Source of the DNA: Rhizodiscina lignyota
Taxonomy: Eukaryota
NCBI GenBank assembly: GCA_010015805.1
Contig: ML978121.1
Coordinates: 3,782,001-3,846,000, forward strand
DNA length: 64,000 nt
Direction: 5' to 3'
The notes under the pieces were generated by a model. That model was not told where the DNA came from, ran no database searches, and saw only the letters and a list, made by a program, of their open reading frames with translations. This document shows positions 25,293-37,103 of the stretch, piece after piece; position 1 is the stretch's first letter; each line of letters begins with the position of its first letter. A program made the translations under genes and the position numbers.

Positions 25293-26381
25293 CTACTCGT
25301 AGAAGACCAAGCATCTGACCTCAATACTCTGGCGACCAGGTGCATCTTTTGGCGTATTGGGATCCTGGAAAGCCGTGTGCGGTGTCATTCCAGCTACGCC
25401 TTTCGCCTTGTCTCCGAGCCAGTTTTGGGACCTCGAATCGCAGCACTTAATGAACATGACCTCTTCTGGCGTCATGTCAGACATATAGAAGAAGCGATGC
25501 TGGTCGCTAGACGCAACCGCATATGTCTCTCCCTTGATTTCGTAATTTGAGACGTCGAGGGAATTCCTCTCCGTTGGCAGGGCCTCTTTTCCCCGATCAT
25601 CTCCGTCATCGTCAACTTGGCGTTTCGGATACAAGAGGTCAACCTTGATGAAGTCGCGCGGTGAAGTAGTGCGCCAATCCACCAAAGCAAGGGGGAAGTC
25701 CGAGGCGTTATGGCCGATGGGTCGCCATACGTTGATGATCTGATAGCGTCCCTTCAGGAGCTCCTCGGCTTCTTCGGAAGGCAGATGGCGGCGTACACGA
25801 ACTTCAGCGGCACCGGGCGTCTGGTCGACATGCACCTGTTGGACAGGCTGGCGCGGCGAGTCCTTAGTCCTCCTCCGGATAGTATGGTCGAAGATCACAA
25901 CCTTCTTGACTCCAGGCAATTTCTCGCGCAAGAGCGCTTCAACCTCTGGATAGTAACTTTCTCTCACAACATTGTCGTCGGTGAATTCCTTCTCCTGCGC
26001 TGGCTTGTGAAAGACCGCAAATCCTGAGACATCTGTGCCAAACTCATTTTCCCGCCCTCTAATATCCCCAACCGGTCGCTCGAGATCTGAGTATTTGTAT
26101 GACCTTCCGCCATCATCGACCTTGCCCCATGGCTTGACGAACTTCTCGTTTACAACGGTGTGGGTCTTCAAATCGATAAAGCGGAAGGTTGCATGAGTGT
26201 CTCGGCTACCCATCGTGGACGCTGGTCTTGGGAATTGGTGTCGAACAGGGGTAATGGGATTCCTAAGCGCTATGTCGACTACTGTGGACGCTGGTCTTAG
26301 AGACTGGATGTCGAACGGTACAACTGGAGTCCTGAGTGCTGTACGGGCTAGTAATGTAGCAGGTTTGATGCCAAGCGGCAT
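25293..26381 (-). CDS. AsaB/CmcJ/NvfI-like oxidoreductase (putative Fe/2OG hydroxylase-desaturase); alternative start at 26213
   Basis: Family motifs YYPEVEALL, IFDHTIRRR, VHVDQT, RYQIINVWRPI, PLALVD, PHTAF and RQSIEVRCLV. Confidence 0.8.
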   Translation of the reverse strand: MPLGIKPATLLARTALRTPVVPFDIQSLRPASTVVDIALRNPITPVRHQFPRPASTMGSRDTHATFRFIDLKTHTVVNEKFVKPWGKVDDGGRSYKYSDLERPVGDIRGRENEFGTDVSGFAVFHKPAQEKEFTDDNVVRESYYPEVEALLREKLPGVKKVVIFDHTIRRRTKDSPRQPVQQVHVDQTPGAAEVRVRRHLPSEEAEELLKGRYQIINVWRPIGHNASDFPLALVDWRTTSPRDFIKVDLLYPKRQVDDDGDDRGKEALPTERNSLDVSNYEIKGETYAVASSDQHRFFYMSDMTPEEVMFIKCCDSRSQNWLGDKAKGVAGMTPHTAFQDPNTPKDAPGRQSIEVRCLVFYE

Positions 26382-27014
26382 GTACTGTTGGAGCAGAGAG
26401 GAGATGAGGAGGGGAAGACGGAACGGAGAGATGCTGGCTATACTGTACCTATTCCGCATTTATATGGCCTGCGGCTACCTTCTGCTTTGAAATTGGCTGG
26501 AGATTGCCGCGATGTCGCAATCGCCGACCTGCCATAGTTCTTGGTGCCTTTCTTGCCGAGAGCCCTGATCCGATGACGTTTCGTGAAGTTCATTGGACTT
26601 CGCGAGTCTTCGCTGACAAAAGCGCCACGAACAGCCGACATATCGCCGCGTAGCTAACCCGAAAGGGTAAATCCTATCTCTTCATACATTCATGAACTAT
26701 TTTACTGCCAAAGGCCATCTTTTATGACATATCTATGATTATTCTCCGTTTCAATGGATTTTGCCACGGCACGGCCCTTCCCCGTGATTGGGACTCGCAT
26801 TGCCTGTCTCTACCAAACTCTTCCACTGGGCCATTCCCGTGAACGGAGGCACGTCTTGGTGAAAATGTCTACCTCTGAGGCGTAGCTCCTCATGTATACG
26901 GAACTTATCTTATATTATAACGGGAGCAAATCAAACGGATATTTATACATTATGTAAGCCATGCGAACCAGTCCAGCTTGTAGGATATACGTGACACATC
27001 AGAATCAAAGAACA

Positions 27015-28929
27015 TCAACGTCCTATTATCCTCCTCATGCGTATCACTTCTCCGCGTCTCCTTGCGCTGGAGAGCCCTTCTGCCAATTCCTCGAGTTTTC
27101 TGGGCTTTAGCACGCGTCTATCGTTCTCGTCCTTCGTTTCTGACTGAATCTCTGGGAGCCAGGCCCATGCGAACAGCGCTCCTGAAGCCATGATTGCAGC
27201 AAATACAAAAAGCAGGTATCCAAGACCACGCTTATTCTCGCCGATGATCCAATGCTGAGCGCCAAACAAAACCAGCTGGATAACGATTGAGCCGAGCTTT
27301 CCAGATGCAGCCGCGATTCCGTGGCGTGTACCTCGATATCGCGTTGGGAAGATCTCGGCTGGGATAATGAACGTCAACGTGTTCGGTCCGAAATTGAATA
27401 CAAACTCGCAGATTCCACAAAGAACAATTGTAAGGATATGAGCGGGATGATGTCTAGCTGCTTCAAAACTGGTTCCAGTGAGGCAAAACAAGCCAGCCAG
27501 AGCCAGGAAGGAGTATATAAGGAGCTTTCGCCGAGAAATCTTGTTGATGACAACAATAAGAGCCAGCGTTCCGAGGATGGACCCAATCGATACTGTGATG
27601 AGAGATTGTTTAACATTGCTGATCAGGAGACTTCTTATGTTACTCGAGTCGATATTCGATTCCCAAATGGACGCCAAGGTTTTGGGATTATTCATTCCCA
27701 GGCCAAAGAAGGTTACATCCAGCAGGAACCAGCAAATTGATGTTCCCATTAGATAACGCCAATTGCCTTCAACAATGAAATAATTCCAGAGGCCTCTACG
27801 AGTAAACTGCTCTGGTAAAGGCGGCTCATGCTCTTCCGGTGGACGATATTCCTCTTCCTCTTCCTCGTTGTCAGCTTCTTCGTCTTCGTTTGCAACGACC
27901 TCTTGGCTACTCGAAGCAGAAGATCTGACATGCTTGTTCGTATCCAGCAAAGCTTGAATGCCATCGTCACGTACGTCGAGTGTCCAACGACCTGGATCGG
28001 TAATCGTAAATCGAAAAACTATCGCGATAATTGCAGGGATACCTCCAACGCTGGATACGATACGCCAGACCTTGTCGAGCGACGCATTTGAAGAATCACC
28101 GTGTCCGAGTATTGCCGACAAGCCGACTAAGGCAGCGAACATTTGACCTAGTGGCTGGGCAAAGAACACTGAGGCCAGCATTCTAGCTCGGGAATCTGTA
28201 GCCGCCCATCTATATAGTTTATCAGCGAACTAGAGAATAGCCATTTCAATAACAGTTAACATACTCCGCTGTTATAACTGCGGAGAGGGGATATTCCGCG
28301 CCTGCCATCTACGTTAGTCCCATCTCTGTTACGTTCAACCTCACTTGCCACATACCGATTCCAATACCCATCACAAATCGCCAAAAACAAATTTGTGCCT
28401 GTATAGACATCCATTTGTCGATGCCTTGACCCGATTCAACGATGCCGACTGTGGCAACAAGCACCACCACAAGCTCCACCTAAAGCGTCTCTATAAGTAT
28501 CATTTTCAGGCATATGCATCTAGGATTCCTTACGCCGTAGAGTCGCTGCCTTCCTCGAACATCTGCAAGAATTCCAAACAGAACCTGCCCCACCATAGAT
28601 CCCGCTAATGTCAAGCAGTCGATCAAGGTCTCCGTCCTTTCCGACGTGTCATTCTGCCAATATAAATGCGCCAATATCGGCAGCGTGACATTGACACTGA
28701 ACAAGTTGAACGAATCGGTAAAGAAGCCAGATCCAGCGACCAAGACAACAAGCCAATCGTATCCATTGTCGTCCAGCTTATTCGTGATATGGTTTCTCTT
28801 CTGAGCACGAGTTCGGAGCGACCTAACTTCCCATAGGTGGTTTGGCCAGATGGTTCGGGCCGCCCATCTCGGGATCCTGATCGCTCTCGGCTGTGCCTGT
28901 TGCTGCGGCTCAGGCTCGTCTTGTTGCAT
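27015..28929 (-). CDS. PHO84: MFS inorganic phosphate:H+ symporter, PHO84-like
   Basis: AGSGFFTDSFNLF, GQVLFGILADVRGR, GIGIGAEYPLSAVITAEW (after splicing introns 28480-28533, 28302-28355 and ~28210-28264), WFLLDVTFFG and FNFGPNTLTFIIPAEIFPTR. Confidence 0.85.
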
Positions 28930-29618
28930 GGCCGCTCCCAGCGCTGTGCTCGTGGGGGTTTGTCACAGCACCATGATCTGTTTTTGATTGCAAAAGAGGT
29001 GGAAGAGATGGATAGGGAAGCTGAAAACTCGGGAGCCTAGAGAGGCAGATGCACAAGGCTGAAGTCTGTCTGGGGGGCGCGTCAATTTGTTCCACGTTTT
29101 ATCCCACAGTCTTGCATCGCGGACGCGATGGCATCCAATCCCAGTCTCGAGACAGCGCCATTTGCAGCAGCCACACAATATTGTGGCATCACGCGTCGGG
29201 AGTCTCGAACGTGACAGAAAAGTTGCGCCACAGCTATGAGGCATCGAATTGTTCCTATGAACAGTCTATTCGATCAAGACGGGCTATGTTTGTGGAAGCG
29301 GTGCGTCTTAACAAGCAATTGCCAAAGTATGCTACACCAAACTTTCAGAAGCTGCCCCGCTTGCTCTGAAGAGCAGACTTCCATTGTGGCTGAATCTTTC
29401 GACCCTGATCGGGCCCGGCTATTTCGTCAACTGTGAGTCGTGACCTCGGACCTCCAAGAGGCTCTGCGGTGGACCCGGTGGTCAACACTTTGTCCGTGCC
29501 TAATCTGCCTCGATCTGGCCTGAGCCTTGCGAATCTCGACAGACATTATCCTGACAGCTCTCCATCATCCCGTTCTGTGGAATCCTGCGCTTGACGATTC
29601 AGCTAATGGATTGGGCTC

Positions 29619-31750
29619 ATGTCAAGCAATCCTGTAATGTATCCTGCAGGGTACAATGTCAACGATGATTTCTTTGACGCAATCGAGTGGGCTAAGAGGC
29701 TTTCGAACAACTATTTCGTCGACCTCGACGACAGTGCGCCGTCCGAAATCCAGGAGCTTGGACAAACGATCAAATCTGTCAAAGATCGGCTGGAAGCTTT
29801 CCAGAAGCTGAAATCTACCCTACGCGGCGAAACACTAAGGCTCGAATCCCTCGAAACGACTCTTCACGAGTGCGATGCATACCTTTCAAAGAACAGCATC
29901 TTACAGAAAAGGCAGGTCGAGGAAAATGAGAGGCTTGTCTGGAAATCCTTTCGTATATGGCAAACGGGGCGCTTTGACTTTGAGGCCAAGGCAAAGCAAT
30001 TCAAGGCTGCCCTTCAGCTTGAAATGTCACAGCTGGTTGTATTATGCGGGAAACTCGTCTTGTAATAAGGTCACTGTCGCCGTCATTCGAATTGAAGCTA
30101 ATTCTCAATTAGGACCGCGAAAATCAACACCGACGTTGCAAGCCTCAGCGTACCAGCCCAATCCATTCAGTACCACTCCGACTACCCTGATGTACCCCGT
30201 CCAAAAGCGCGGCATAGAGCAGCACATGGACATTCTCAAGATTCGAAGGCAGCCGAGATGGAAGAGGCACTGCAAGAATTGAAGGCACTGGGGTATAAGT
30301 TCAAGAGAATAGAAACAAATGCCGCATCCAAAAGAAGACCTGCAGACTTCGGACAGATTGACGAGGACTTGCTTCGATGTTGGAGAAAGTACTGTCTCAG
30401 CGCGGGGATTCCAGCCAATGAGATACCTCCGATCAGCCGCGAGGAGGTCTTGGAAAGGCCAGCACAGGTCCGCCATAAGTGGATTATCGAAGAAAGAACT
30501 AGATCCCGCCGTGAAGCAATCACCACATTCAAATATGATTCGACAGATGCGCCTGACTCCGGCCATACTGCCACGATAGATCTTCACCTCTATGTGAACA
30601 AGCGGCTGAGTTCATACCTCGCCAAAAACCCGCATCCTGAACTGCGTGACTACGAGATAGCGCCGATCAACAAAGGCCGGAAGATTGTCTGGAAAAACTG
30701 GAAAACTGGATAATGCTCAAGCATTACATTCCTCCTCTGGAACATGATTTCCATTCGCCGCGGCAAGCACATCCGTACGTGTTCCATCACGACACTGCAA
30801 ACTCAGATGGAGAACGTCGGCAAGTTACTTTCATGAATGAAGAGCACCGAATCGTCATCGAGCGTAATGGCGAAACGTTGCTTGACACCTATATTCCGCA
30901 GCCAGTGTACACGTTCTCAAGACCAGCTTATCAAGACTTCTTCCTTGGAGATCTCCGAGGGGAGACACTATTCCGAGGGGAGACACTAACTCGTTTCGAT
31001 ATACGTGCTATATGGTCTGAAACCACTGCCGGAGTCCATCTTTGCAATCTGCAGGTGTTGTTTATCTGGCTTGCTCCTGACAATGATTACAAGAAGCATT
31101 CATTGTCTTTCTATGCCAGCAACAAAGACCCGCAGGAGTTTCTCGAATTTCCTATCTGTTGGTTCCAGGCTCCGCTGGAGAAGCCTAAGAATACCTTAGA
31201 GCTATGCTTTGTTGAGCAAACATCCACTGCTTCCCATCAAAGGCGAGGTAGCAAGCAGACAAGTTCCGCAGTACTCGGCACTTCGAGAAGAAGCCTCACA
31301 TCAACAATCATAAGGAAGATGTCCGTTGGAAACAGCAAAGGCATCGAGAATATACCGACACCTCCGAGTACAGGACCCAGCATTCCTCCTAGGTCATCGC
31401 CAGCCGGTTCTGAGCAAGCGGCCATGGAGAATCGACAACCAGCTCCAGCCGGTATTGTTGCGAAGTATGGTTGGGTTTCGATCCGCTTTGGCAACGGCAC
31501 TTGTGAGTTTTTGCTATGATCATGTCTATCAGCCTGTGACTGACTTGCTCCAGCAATGTTCGAATGCAAAAAGATTCTTGAAGATGCACTATCACCAAAA
31601 GAAGAACGGCTGAAGCCGTCCTTCGAGAACCCTTTCCCCCTTCTTCCTTCTCCGGCAATGTCGGGCTCGGAGAAGCGCACGACTCCAATGCTCCCGGCAT
31701 TGCCAGATTCTGGATCGTTCTCAGAATGGGCGAGCAAATTTCCTTCGTGA
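29619..31750 (+). pseudogene. Uncharacterised fungal gene (helical N-terminal domain) disrupted by an 8-bp duplication frameshift
   Basis: Introns 30062-30112 and 31503-31553 join the ORFs in frame. The break at 30702-30713 is caused by a duplicated aaaactgg; removing one copy gives continuous VWKNWIMLKHY. Confidence 0.65.
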
Positions 31751-32091
31751 ACGATTATGTGCTAAGCACTGCTGGGCTCGTCAAACTCACTCATGAAACA
31801 CCACTGTACATCGAGTACACTTCTCTGGAACTCTAGTTACAGTTTCTCGACTCATCAAACTTGATTCGAGACAGGAATACTATCATCTTGTAAGAGGTGC
31901 ACAGACCTTTTAGAAATTTGCGCAAACACAATGAGCGCACTCCAGGCGCGGTCGGACCCGATTTCAACAGACATCTTAATCATTAACGACAATTAGGCTT
32001 CTGGTATGTGCATTTCGCTTCATTACGATGACTGTTCTTAATGTTAATATGAACGTGTAGCGCCTGTGACTCCTCGACAGCGACCTTCGAA

Positions 32092-34020
32092 CTAGTAATT
32101 CGGCGATGTGGGCGATGCATCCCTCTTCGCCGACTTCCTCGGCACCCGAACAAAAGTGTTCCGCGTCCATCCGTCGTCCCCTCTCAGCACCTCTTTCTCA
32201 AGCCTGTATCTGCCCAAATGCGGCAGCAGCACCGCCCAATCTGCCAATATACCCCGCCTGCGGCAATGATGCCCAAACCCACAACGCAGTGCAGGTAGTA
32301 CGGCAGATGCTCATACACGTTCTGATCGGGCGAGTCTGGAGGCACGTATGGCGCGACTGCGAGGTAAATGTTGGAAAGGAAGAAGAATATGGTTACGGGC
32401 AATGTTGCGCGAGTCGGAGGATGCCAGTTATAAGCCTCGCGGTGGAAGTAGAGGTATGCGAGGCCGGCGGCAACGAAGATGTTGACGATATAGAGAGGGT
32501 ATGATATCACGTTCAAGACTTTGACACATACTGTCAGCAGCTACCTCCGATGCAGAAGTAGAGGCAGGAGAGACAGAATATGAGACAATGGTGAACATAC
32601 TAAAGTTGTACGCATCTCCAGGCGGCGGTGCCAACATTATGATGACAGATACGAGCCAGTGCTCAAACAATCCCATGAATGGCGCATTCAAGGGCTTGTT
32701 GCTCGCCCAGAGGCTTGAGAAAGGGAGGATCCCCTCGCGACCTAGTTCCTGCACAAGACGGCCTTGGGAAAAGATGACAGAGAGAACGTTCCCAAAAGCC
32801 GATAGCGCAACGAAGACACTGAGAGCGCGCTCTGCTTTCTCACCAAAGACGTTGCGGAAGAATGATGCGGCGAGAATGCGTCCGCTGCTGATTATCTCGT
32901 CTTTGGGGACAGCGGCAAAGTAGGCGATATTCGCGAGCATGTACAGGACTCCGACAATAGAAATGGCAATTGGCGCGGCAATCCTCAGCGTCCGGACCGG
33001 ATTCTTCATCTCTGACATGGCGTAGTTCGCGTTGCTGTATCCGATGTAGCTCCAAATGACATTGTACAGAGCCGTGACAACGCCGTAAGCTGAGCCGGTG
33101 GTGCCACGGAAAGCGTGATCGAAATTGTCCGGCTTGTCGATTTTGAGATGGCCTCCTAAGGCAGCCTGCGATACAGTGAGCGCTTAACTTTCAACCATTT
33201 GCACTAGACATGACTTACGAAGCCGGCAAAGATGATGATGAGCAGGATAATAAGTTTGATCACTCCGAGCGCGTTCTGAAGCCGTAGTCCCCATTTCAAT
33301 GCGAGACCATGGATCAAGAAAGCAGCTGTTATGCATGCTAGCCCAATGCCTCTTTGGTTCCAGCGGTTTACCTCGACCTGCGCGGCGTTGAGGATGTATT
33401 CACCGAAGACGACACTGTTTGATCCAGCCCAGCCTAACGAGTTATTAGCTATAGATCAATCATCCAATATTGTGAGACTTGCCAAGCAAGATAACGTAGC
33501 CAGTCTATTTCGAAGGACTACGTTAGCCAATGTCTTCGTCAGTGCTTGAGTGATAGTCCTATCCAACACGTACGTAAAATCCAGTAGCAAGAAATCTAGG
33601 CTTTCTGTAAACGAACTCCAAATAGTTCTTCTCACCACCGTTTCTTGGGAGTCCAGTTCCGAATTCGAGGTAGACGAGCATGCCCGCAAGGGCAATGAGC
33701 ATACCGGCAACCCATATGAATAAAGTCAGTCCCACACTGTCGCTGAGGGAAAAGATTGCACTCGGGGTTGCAAATATGCCCGTGCCAATCATGCGGTTGA
33801 ATATGCTAGAGCACAGTTTGTGTTAGAGAAGTATCGCCGGATTTGGGTAGAAACGAGAGCAGACATACAGGAAAATAGCACTACTGAGGCCGATCTGTCT
33901 TCGCGATTCGCTCGTCTCGTAAACGTCGCCGGTATTATCTACGATGACACCTCCTGGTGGTCCGTCTGAAGCCTTTGGGCGCTTATTATCCGCCTGGCTG
34001 CCATCGTGAATTGATTCCAT
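32092..34020 (-). CDS. MUP1: High-affinity methionine permease (LAT/APC family), with an apparent 1-bp frameshift near the 3' end
   Basis: RQIGLSSAIFL, MIGTGIFATP, YLEFGTGLPRNGGEKNYLE, IWSYIGYSNANY, SQGRLVQELGREGILPFS and APPPGDAYNF; several introns. Confidence 0.88.
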
Positions 34021-34667
34021 GGTATCGTAAAAACGGGAGTGTGCCGTGTAATCTCCCAAATAGCTACCAGGCCAAATCTCATCCATGCTACCGTCCATAT
34101 TGACTATTAATATGTAGAACGGGATTTACATCATGCCACAGCCAAGAGAAAGGCGTCATTCGCTTCGTTACGCCAAAAAGTCACATTTTAAGTAATGAAA
34201 ATCAGAAACTTCAGGAGGCGTGGAGGACAATTCGTAGAAGATCAAAAACAAGAGACGGACAAGACCCACTCAGCAACGGATAGCAGCGGTTCTCAAGATT
34301 TTCTCAACCATTTTGGTTGTTCGTGAGCGGCTGCTCCGATGGCGTGCTCTTCACGGGCCAGCCAAGGGAGGAGTAAAACATACTCTAGATGGAAAACGCT
34401 CCGATCCTTAAGGCAAGAGCACCTCGAGGAAGGCGCCGGGCAGAAGGGAGAAAATAAAATGTATGTCATGATGAAGAAAGTGAAAGACACGTCCAGATCT
34501 AGCTTTACTTAAAGCTGGCAGCACGTTGAGGTCTATTAATAGGATCCGGTGCGGCATCGGCAAGCCGAGCGGATATCAGCTTCGAGAAGCCGGGTAGGTC
34601 TCTTTTAGAGCTTCATTGAATGGCCTCTACAAGCCGTAAAATAACATCCAAACGCTTGACTTTTAGG

Positions 34668-36152
34668 TTAACATCTGTTCAAACTCCAGCCCTCTTTACA
34701 TACTCTTGCCGCAACCATCAAGCAGCTACCAAACATCGTTGAGCACCCCAGAGCCAACTGGGCCACCAAGTAACCGCCTCTGCCTCCCCCATTCGTCTGA
34801 AGGAGCGCACCACCAATCGGCGGGCCGATCAATCCAGCAATACTAAATACGCTAAACGCCATGCCTAGTCTGACTCCATTCTTGCTCAAATCCTTGTTCA
34901 AGCTTGTCAGGGTTGTAGGGAAGAGACACTGAAACGCTCCAGCACTCATTCCATAGAAGGCGACAAAAACGTACAATCCCACTCTGGTCTTGACACCGGT
35001 CCATGCGAACGCAAAGATGCCGTTGATGAAGAGCAGAGGAATCATCCCATTCAGTGGGCCAACGAGCGTATCAACAAGATGTCCAGTCACCAATCGCACC
35101 GGGATACCCACGGCGTTGAAGAGAATGACCAGTGTGGTGGATTCAGTGTACGACATCCCAATGATAGTCCGGCCGTACGATCCAATGTAGTAGAATGAGA
35201 AGAAGAGGCCGCCAAAGACGAATGACATACCGATGACCATGAGCGTGTACGGTGCTTCCTTGAACGCAGCCCATTCCACGATGGGCCCTTGCTTGCGTGG
35301 CGGCAGGCGTGGCCGTAAGAAAATAATAGAGGCTATAAGGCAGACCATGTTGACAAAGCCGAGCACTCTGATAGTCCAACCGAAGCCGATCTTGGGAAGT
35401 AATGATCGCACGATCACCGGGTAGATGGCGCCGCCGGCAGAGTTTCCGGACGACATAATAGCAACCGCTAATGCTCGGTTGCGTTGGAAGTACGTTGTAA
35501 CCAGGGCCGTCGTTGGACAGAATATGATACCAGATCCAAGGCCAGTGCAGACGCCCTGGGCGAGGATAAGCTGCCACACATTTGTGCACAAGCTATTGGT
35601 GAAGATGCCGATGAGCTGGATTACCGAGCCGATGGCAAATGTTGGAAGAAAAAGTCCCGCATCGAGGGCACGTCCTGTAAACACGCTGCAAAAGAAGACG
35701 ATGAAGAGAAGGATAGAACCAACCCACGACACTGTGGATTGGCTCACACCTAGTGTGCTTGTGTAGTAAGTCTGAAAGGCTCCGAACGAGTTAATGTAGC
35801 CCCATGTCGTAAAGCAAACGATCCACGCGAAAAAGACTTGAGTCCATGCCTTTACACCGCCATCGGGTGCTGGTCCTGGGTCGACAATGTCTCGAGTGGT
35901 AAGATGTGAGATGGTTCTGCTCAAGGCATGACCGGCGACAGATTTCGCGTGGCTGGCTACGGATCGATGTGAATGTACGCGAGATAGTTCATTGATGCCT
36001 TCTTTCTCGTGTGCCTTTAGCTCGTCCGGCGTTGAGATGTGCCCGCTCGAATTGCTGCTGGGTATTTCGACCTCAGTTTGGGAAATTCCTCGCGGAGTGT
36101 ATTCCGCTTTCTCTGGATCTAGATTAAGTTTCGATGCAGTGTGACGTGACAT
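34668..36152 (-). CDS. MFS monocarboxylate transporter-like (MCH/Mch5 family)
   Basis: PDGGVKAW, TWGYINSFGAFQTYY, QGVCTGLGSG and GPPIGGAL motifs; about 12 TM segments; intronless. Start inferred at Met48 of the ORF. Confidence 0.88.
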   Translation of the reverse strand: MSRHTASKLNLDPEKAEYTPRGISQTEVEIPSSNSSGHISTPDELKAHEKEGINELSRVHSHRSVASHAKSVAGHALSRTISHLTTRDIVDPGPAPDGGVKAWTQVFFAWIVCFTTWGYINSFGAFQTYYTSTLGVSQSTVSWVGSILLFIVFFCSVFTGRALDAGLFLPTFAIGSVIQLIGIFTNSLCTNVWQLILAQGVCTGLGSGIIFCPTTALVTTYFQRNRALAVAIMSSGNSAGGAIYPVIVRSLLPKIGFGWTIRVLGFVNMVCLIASIIFLRPRLPPRKQGPIVEWAAFKEAPYTLMVIGMSFVFGGLFFSFYYIGSYGRTIIGMSYTESTTLVILFNAVGIPVRLVTGHLVDTLVGPLNGMIPLLFINGIFAFAWTGVKTRVGLYVFVAFYGMSAGAFQCLFPTTLTSLNKDLSKNGVRLGMAFSVFSIAGLIGPPIGGALLQTNGGGRGGYLVAQLALGCSTMFGSCLMVAARVCKEGWSLNRC

Positions 36153-37103
36153 ATTGTAGTGCTGTTCGAGTGGCGCATCTGAGGGATACTGCCAGTGCTG
36201 GAAGATGCTGGGAAGGATGGACTGTGTAATGGCACACAGAGCCGTTGAAGGTATGAAGACATTTTCTCGAGATTTGCGCAGTCGCCGCATCAATCGCTAA
36301 TGTCGGATATTGTGGCAGCGGATGAACATGAACCGGAAACGAAGGCATTGGGGAAGATCGGTTCTGTGCCGTCTTTGCCGTTGTTCGATTTCTTCACCAT
36401 CGGGGTGGGGTTGGTCATAGGAACAATCTCCGTTTAGTTCATTATAAAAAGAACTATTAAAAGGCAAATTGAGAAGATAGTAAATCTACTGTGTGAGGTA
36501 ATTGAGGGCTATTATGCAGGCCCAGAGCAAGCATGCTACAGTGTGAGTGAAAATAATGCAACTCTTCCTCGGCAGTTCTCGGCACTTCATTCGAAGGCTG
36601 CAAGCATCCAATGGGACTGATTACAACAGACGTGAGAATAGTTCAAGAAGAGCAATGAATACTTGCCAGAGTTCACGAATGCTTTAGTATCACGGTCGAT
36701 AGTATGGGTGAGGTCGAGATTTTGAACCACATAATATATTCGTGCTTACGACAAGGGATCTTTGGATGCGGAGTAGGTGATCGGCAAAAACAGCAGGATA
36801 CGATTACTGAAAGTTCGGCAGTGCGACTCCAGAAGTAAAGAAGTGTCGAAGCATTTCACAGGTGATTTTGTAGCTATCTCTCGTACGTATCAACTTCACG
36901 AGCCTCATCAGCCTCAAGACCGACGATACCTAGGTACACCGTATCTTCGGAAGTCGGTACCCGATTTGGAAGGTGAATGGTGGTGGCATTTCCAGTGCTC
37001 TCCCTTCTCTCCATTTGCAATGAGAAAATGTCTGAGTCTTGCTATTCAGATGATTTATTTCTCTTCTCTACTGCCATATAATGTATGATGCATAACAGCA
37101 GTT

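Noticed and set aside
36153..36293. 47-aa N-terminal extension on the MCH-like ORF
   Set aside because: It begins at a non-ATG codon and is probably 5' UTR; the ATG at 36152 is more plausible.
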